Source: Acidobacteriota bacterium (GTDB lineage: Bacteria; Acidobacteriota; UBA6911; RPQK01; JAJDTT01). Taken from it: a stretch of 64,000 nt of DNA. Positions 60,990-64,000 of the stretch are shown here, in pieces. The notes under the pieces were generated by a model. That model did no database searches. It had not been told where the DNA came from and saw nothing but the letters and a program-made list of their open reading frames with translations. The stretch covers positions 5,312,001 through 5,376,000 of the forward strand of contig CBDCJH010000002.1 in assembly GCA_965217775.1 (NCBI GenBank), in the 5' to 3' direction. The stretch's first letter is position 1. Every line of letters begins with the position of its first letter. A program made the position numbers and the translations under genes.

Positions 60990-61478
60990 TCACGTGGTGT
61001 GTTTGAGCCGCTTCTCCATCGTAACTTCAAATCCCCCCTGGGGGAGATTGTGATAGGTCACGTTGTCCATAAACGTATGAACGAAGAAAACCCCGCGGCC
61101 CGAGGGTTTCAAAAGATTTCCGCTGTCCAGAGGGTCCGGCAGGGAGGACTCGTCAAAACCGGGTCCCTGATCTGAAACGGTGATGAGAAGACGGCGGCTA
61201 TCGATACGGAATCGGACGCTCACCCTCTTGCTCTCATCCTGCTGATTTCCATGCTGGATGGCATTGGTCACCGATTCGCGGACCGACAAGCAGATCCAAT
61301 GGCTTGCCTCGTCATCGAACCCGGCCATTCGAGTTATGCTCTGGGAGATATCCTGAACCAGATCGAGAAACCGAATATCGCTCCCGAAAGACATCTCGAA
61401 TTCCTTATGAAATTCTTTTCCCGCCAGTTTGCTCGGCAACTCTTGCCGCTCCGCTTTCCGTTGCTCCGAATCGCTCAT
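60990..61478 (-). CDS. RsbW-like anti-sigma factor / Ser kinase
   Basis: ESVTNAIQHGN, DQGPGF, GRGVF. Confidence 0.9.
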   Translation of the reverse strand: MSDSEQRKAERQELPSKLAGKEFHKEFEMSFGSDIRFLDLVQDISQSITRMAGFDDEASHWICLSVRESVTNAIQHGNQQDESKRVSVRFRIDSRRLLITVSDQGPGFDESSLPDPLDSGNLLKPSGRGVFFVHTFMDNVTYHNLPQGGFEVTMEKRLKHTT

Positions 61479-61699
61479 GGCAGATGGCCCCGCAGTATGC
61501 GTCCGGGCCGTTTAGCCGCGATCACATACCAACCATTTATATATACGCCGAATATGTTCCCGAGTTTCGCGGACCACTCGGGCCCGTTCCGGCTTCGGTG
61601 GTGCTTGGGACTCTTTCCAGGAACTGGGGGCAGGAAAAAATGAAGGTGGAGCCGGACTCCTGTCAACTTGGGGCCGGGGACCGCCGGTGGACTCTACCT

Positions 61700-61807
61700 T
61701 GTCGTCAGCCGGCCGCCGAGTCTTCGTCCGGCCCCGTCCCGCTCCGCTTTGGACCGAAGAGGGCGCCCACAAGGGGGAAGAGGGCACTCACACAGGGGCG
61801 CCCCTAC
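61700..61807 (-). repeat. GTAG REP-like doublet with flank homologous to 7043-7130
   Basis: GCTCCGCTTTGGACCGAAGAGGGCGCCCACAAGGGG...AGGGGCGCCCCTAC. Confidence 0.7.
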
Positions 61808-61854
61808 GGACAATTCGTCGTCCATTTGCACAAGATTTTGGGAGTAGGGACTAA

Positions 61855-62012
61855 CAGCCCGTGGCAAAAGTCGTCACGGCATTCGACCGTCCCTGCATCC
61901 CGGCGGACGGCGTTGCGATTCGCTCACATACTCCCGGTATGCTCCCGAATCGCGCCTTGTCCGGCGGGCGCAGGACCGGTCTCGGTGCTCGTGCGACTTT
62001 CACCACGGACTG
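61855..62012 (+). mobile_element. MITE copy 6 (158 bp), TSD CTAA
   Basis: CTAA at 61851-54 and 62013-16. Confidence 0.9.
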
Positions 62013-62465
62013 CTAATACGCGTCTTTTCTGGAGTCGACGATCAGCGTCACCGGACCGTCATTCACCAGCGACAACGCCATCATGGCTCCGAATCGGCCC
62101 GTTTCGACCACCACGCCAGCCTCCCGAAGCGTCTCCTGGAGACGCCGGTAATCGGTCCGTGCCGCAGCGGGAGGAGCCGCCCTGCTGAAGCTGGGCCGGT
62201 TCCCCTTGCGGCAGTCCCCATAGAGCGTGAACTGGGAAACCAGGAGGATGGAATGCCCCGCCTCCAGCAGGGAACGGTTCATCTTGCCGGCTTCATCCGG
62301 AAAGATACGGAGTTGAAGGATCTTCCTCCTGATGAAAGCCAAATCCCGGTCGGTGTCGCCGGCGCATACGGCAACCAGAACCACCAGTCCGGGGCCGATC
62401 CGTCCCACCGTACGGCCCTCGACATCCACCTTGGCCTTCGATACCCGCTGGATCACGACGCGCAT
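62013..62465 (-). CDS. dtd: D-aminoacyl-tRNA deacylase
   Basis: MRVVIQRV, SQFTLYGD, NDGPVT. Confidence 0.96.
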   Translation of the reverse strand: MRVVIQRVSKAKVDVEGRTVGRIGPGLVVLVAVCAGDTDRDLAFIRRKILQLRIFPDEAGKMNRSLLEAGHSILLVSQFTLYGDCRKGNRPSFSRAAPPAAARTDYRRLQETLREAGVVVETGRFGAMMALSLVNDGPVTLIVDSRKDAY

Positions 62466-62471
62466 GGGGAC

Positions 62472-62741
62472 TCAGTGGATGGTCGGCTCCATCCCCTTTC
62501 CCCAACGTTCCCTGAGGACTCTCTCGAAACGCGGCATGAGCAACAGGTGGAAGGTGAACTCTTTGTCCGGAAACATGCCCAGGACGGCTCTCTCGGTCCG
62601 CCGGACCATCTGCCGGGCTTCCGCCAATGTCAACCTGGGGTCCTGGTACAAGACGCTGAGCGTCAGATCGACCAGAAAACGCATGCGCCGGAGTCTCCGG
62701 TTCTCCTCTCGAATCAGATCTTCGCGATCCGAAGTGGACAT
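62472..62741 (-). CDS. Small hypothetical protein
   Basis: GAGGAG RBS; EENRRLRRMRFLVD...FPDKEFTF.LL..PRF. Confidence 0.7.
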   Translation of the reverse strand: MSTSDREDLIREENRRLRRMRFLVDLTLSVLYQDPRLTLAEARQMVRRTERAVLGMFPDKEFTFHLLLMPRFERVLRERWGKGMEPTIH

Positions 62742-63085
62742 CGCTCCTCAGTGTAGCAGCCGTAGGCGCAACTCTCCCGCCACGTTGGGTTCGACAGCGA
62801 GCCTTGAGGGATTGCACAAAAAAGATGCAAAATGCAGGAAGTCTTCATTTGACAACCGCTTGAATCGTGTCTTCACAACGTTTTCCACCGGCATTTCCAC
62901 AAAACCCGTGGACAACCCGTCCCGTCCGAGGTCCGGCCCCCCGTTTATCGCCCGAGGAGTCGTTTGCAACGGCGGAAAAAAGGGGTAACGTAACGTGACG
63001 TCAGGGATCATCGGGGATCGGAGTTCATGGGAATGGTCCATGAGGTGGAAGAAGCGGCTCCGAGTACGGTTTCAGGGGATGTTCT

Positions 63086-64000
63086 GTGAAGAGTAATCGA
63101 TTCGGTACCGCATCCTCCGCCTTCGGGGCCTCGGACGTGGCCGAACTGGACTACCGCCGGGACATCGGCGAGCCTGGTTCGTACCCCTACACGCGGGGCA
63201 TCTACTCGAACATGTACCGGGGCCGTCTCTGGACCATGCGCCAATTCTCGGGCCATGGAAGCGCCGAGGAAACGAATCGCCGGTATCGCTTCCTCCTGGA
63301 GCACGGACAGACCGGGCTCTCCGTCGCTTTCGATCTGCCGACCCTGATGGGCCTGGATTCGGATGATCCCCTCTCGGCGGGTGAAGTCGGAAAATGCGGT
63401 GTTGCCGTCGACTCCCTTCGGGACATGGAAGTCCTTTTCGATCGGATCGATCTGTCCCGGGTCAGCACCTCCATGACCATCAACGCTCCCGCGGCCGTCC
63501 TCTTGGCCATGTACGTGGTGGCGGCGGAGAAGCAGGGAGTTGCGGCCCACCGGATCCGGGGCACCCTCCAGAACGACATCTTGAAGGAATACATCGCGCA
63601 GAAGGAGTGGATCTACCCTCCCGCCCCGTCCATGCGTCTGGTCGTGGATTCGATCCAGTTCTGCTCGCAGCAGCTTCCCCGATACAACAGCATTTCCATC
63701 AGCGGGTACCACATTCGCGAAGCCGGCTCCACTGCGGTGCAGGAACTGGCCTTCACCCTGCGCGACGGTGTCGAATACGTGGACTGGTGCGTCCGCCGCG
63801 GAATGGAGGTGGATGACTTCGCACCCCGCCTCTCCTTCTTCTTCAACTCCCACCACAATTTCTTCGAAGAGATCGCCAAGTTCCGGGCTGCCCGAAGGCT
63901 CTGGGCGCGGACCATGAGGAACCGTTTTGGAGCCCGGAACGAGCGCTCCCGGATGTGCCGGTTCCACACTCAGACCGCCGGTTGCACCTTGACCATGCAG
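63086..64000 (+). CDS. Methylmalonyl-CoA mutase family large subunit (3' truncated by window; absent from ORF track)
   Basis: Manual translation [63 protein letters not shown]. Confidence 0.93.
   Translation, partial: MKSNRFGTASSAFGASDVAELDYRRDIGEPGSYPYTRGIYSNMYRGRLWTMRQFSGHGSAEETNRRYRFLLEHGQTGLSVAFDLPTLMGLDSDDPLSAGEVGKCGVAVDSLRDMEVLFDRIDLSRVSTSMTINAPAAVLLAMYVVAAEKQGVAAHRIRGTLQNDILKEYIAQKEWIYPPAPSMRLVVDSIQFCSQQLPRYNSISISGYHIREAGSTAVQELAFTLRDGVEYVDWCVRRGMEVDDFAPRLSFFFNSHHNFFEEIAKFRAARRLWARTMRNRFGARNERSRMCRFHTQTAGCTLTMQ

Noticed and set aside
62990-63085. Cobalamin riboswitch upstream of the B12-dependent mutase
   Set aside because: Conserved B12-box elements not found

Overview
GC-rich bacterial chromosome segment. 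Gene content and order suggest Acidobacteriota; this is an inference. Core blocks, left to right: mlaE/F/D, a CDP-alcohol phosphatidyltransferase, LolA/LolD-like genes and dnaK; a long minus-strand energy cluster (nuoABCDHIJKLMN without nuoEFG, atpZ-I-B-E, ccmE-F-orf-A-[nupC]-B-C-D); then uxs, uvrB-aroA-aroK-mltD, clpB/grpE, yebC-ruvC, truA, uppS-cdsA-dxr-rseP, rsbW/rsbV, dtd and the start of a methylmalonyl-CoA mutase. Between nuoA and uxs (~28.5-43.1 kb) lies a more AT-rich defence-type island. It holds (i) a two-gene operon of a Cys-rich NYN/PIN nuclease and an effector-less STAND/NACHT-like NTPase with pentapeptide-like repeats, the best candidate here for an undescribed anti-phage system, (ii) a HigB-like / HTH-ImmA / Type III Mod / AbiJ-HEPN-like / Type III Res operon, and (iii) a second higBA with a frameshifted toxin. 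Intergenic DNA carries six copies of a ~158-bp fully foldable MITE, five with perfect 4-bp YTAN target duplications and two sitting exactly on stop codons, plus GTAG- and GGAG-type REP-like palindromes. No tRNA, rRNA, CRISPR array, integrase or transposase was seen.
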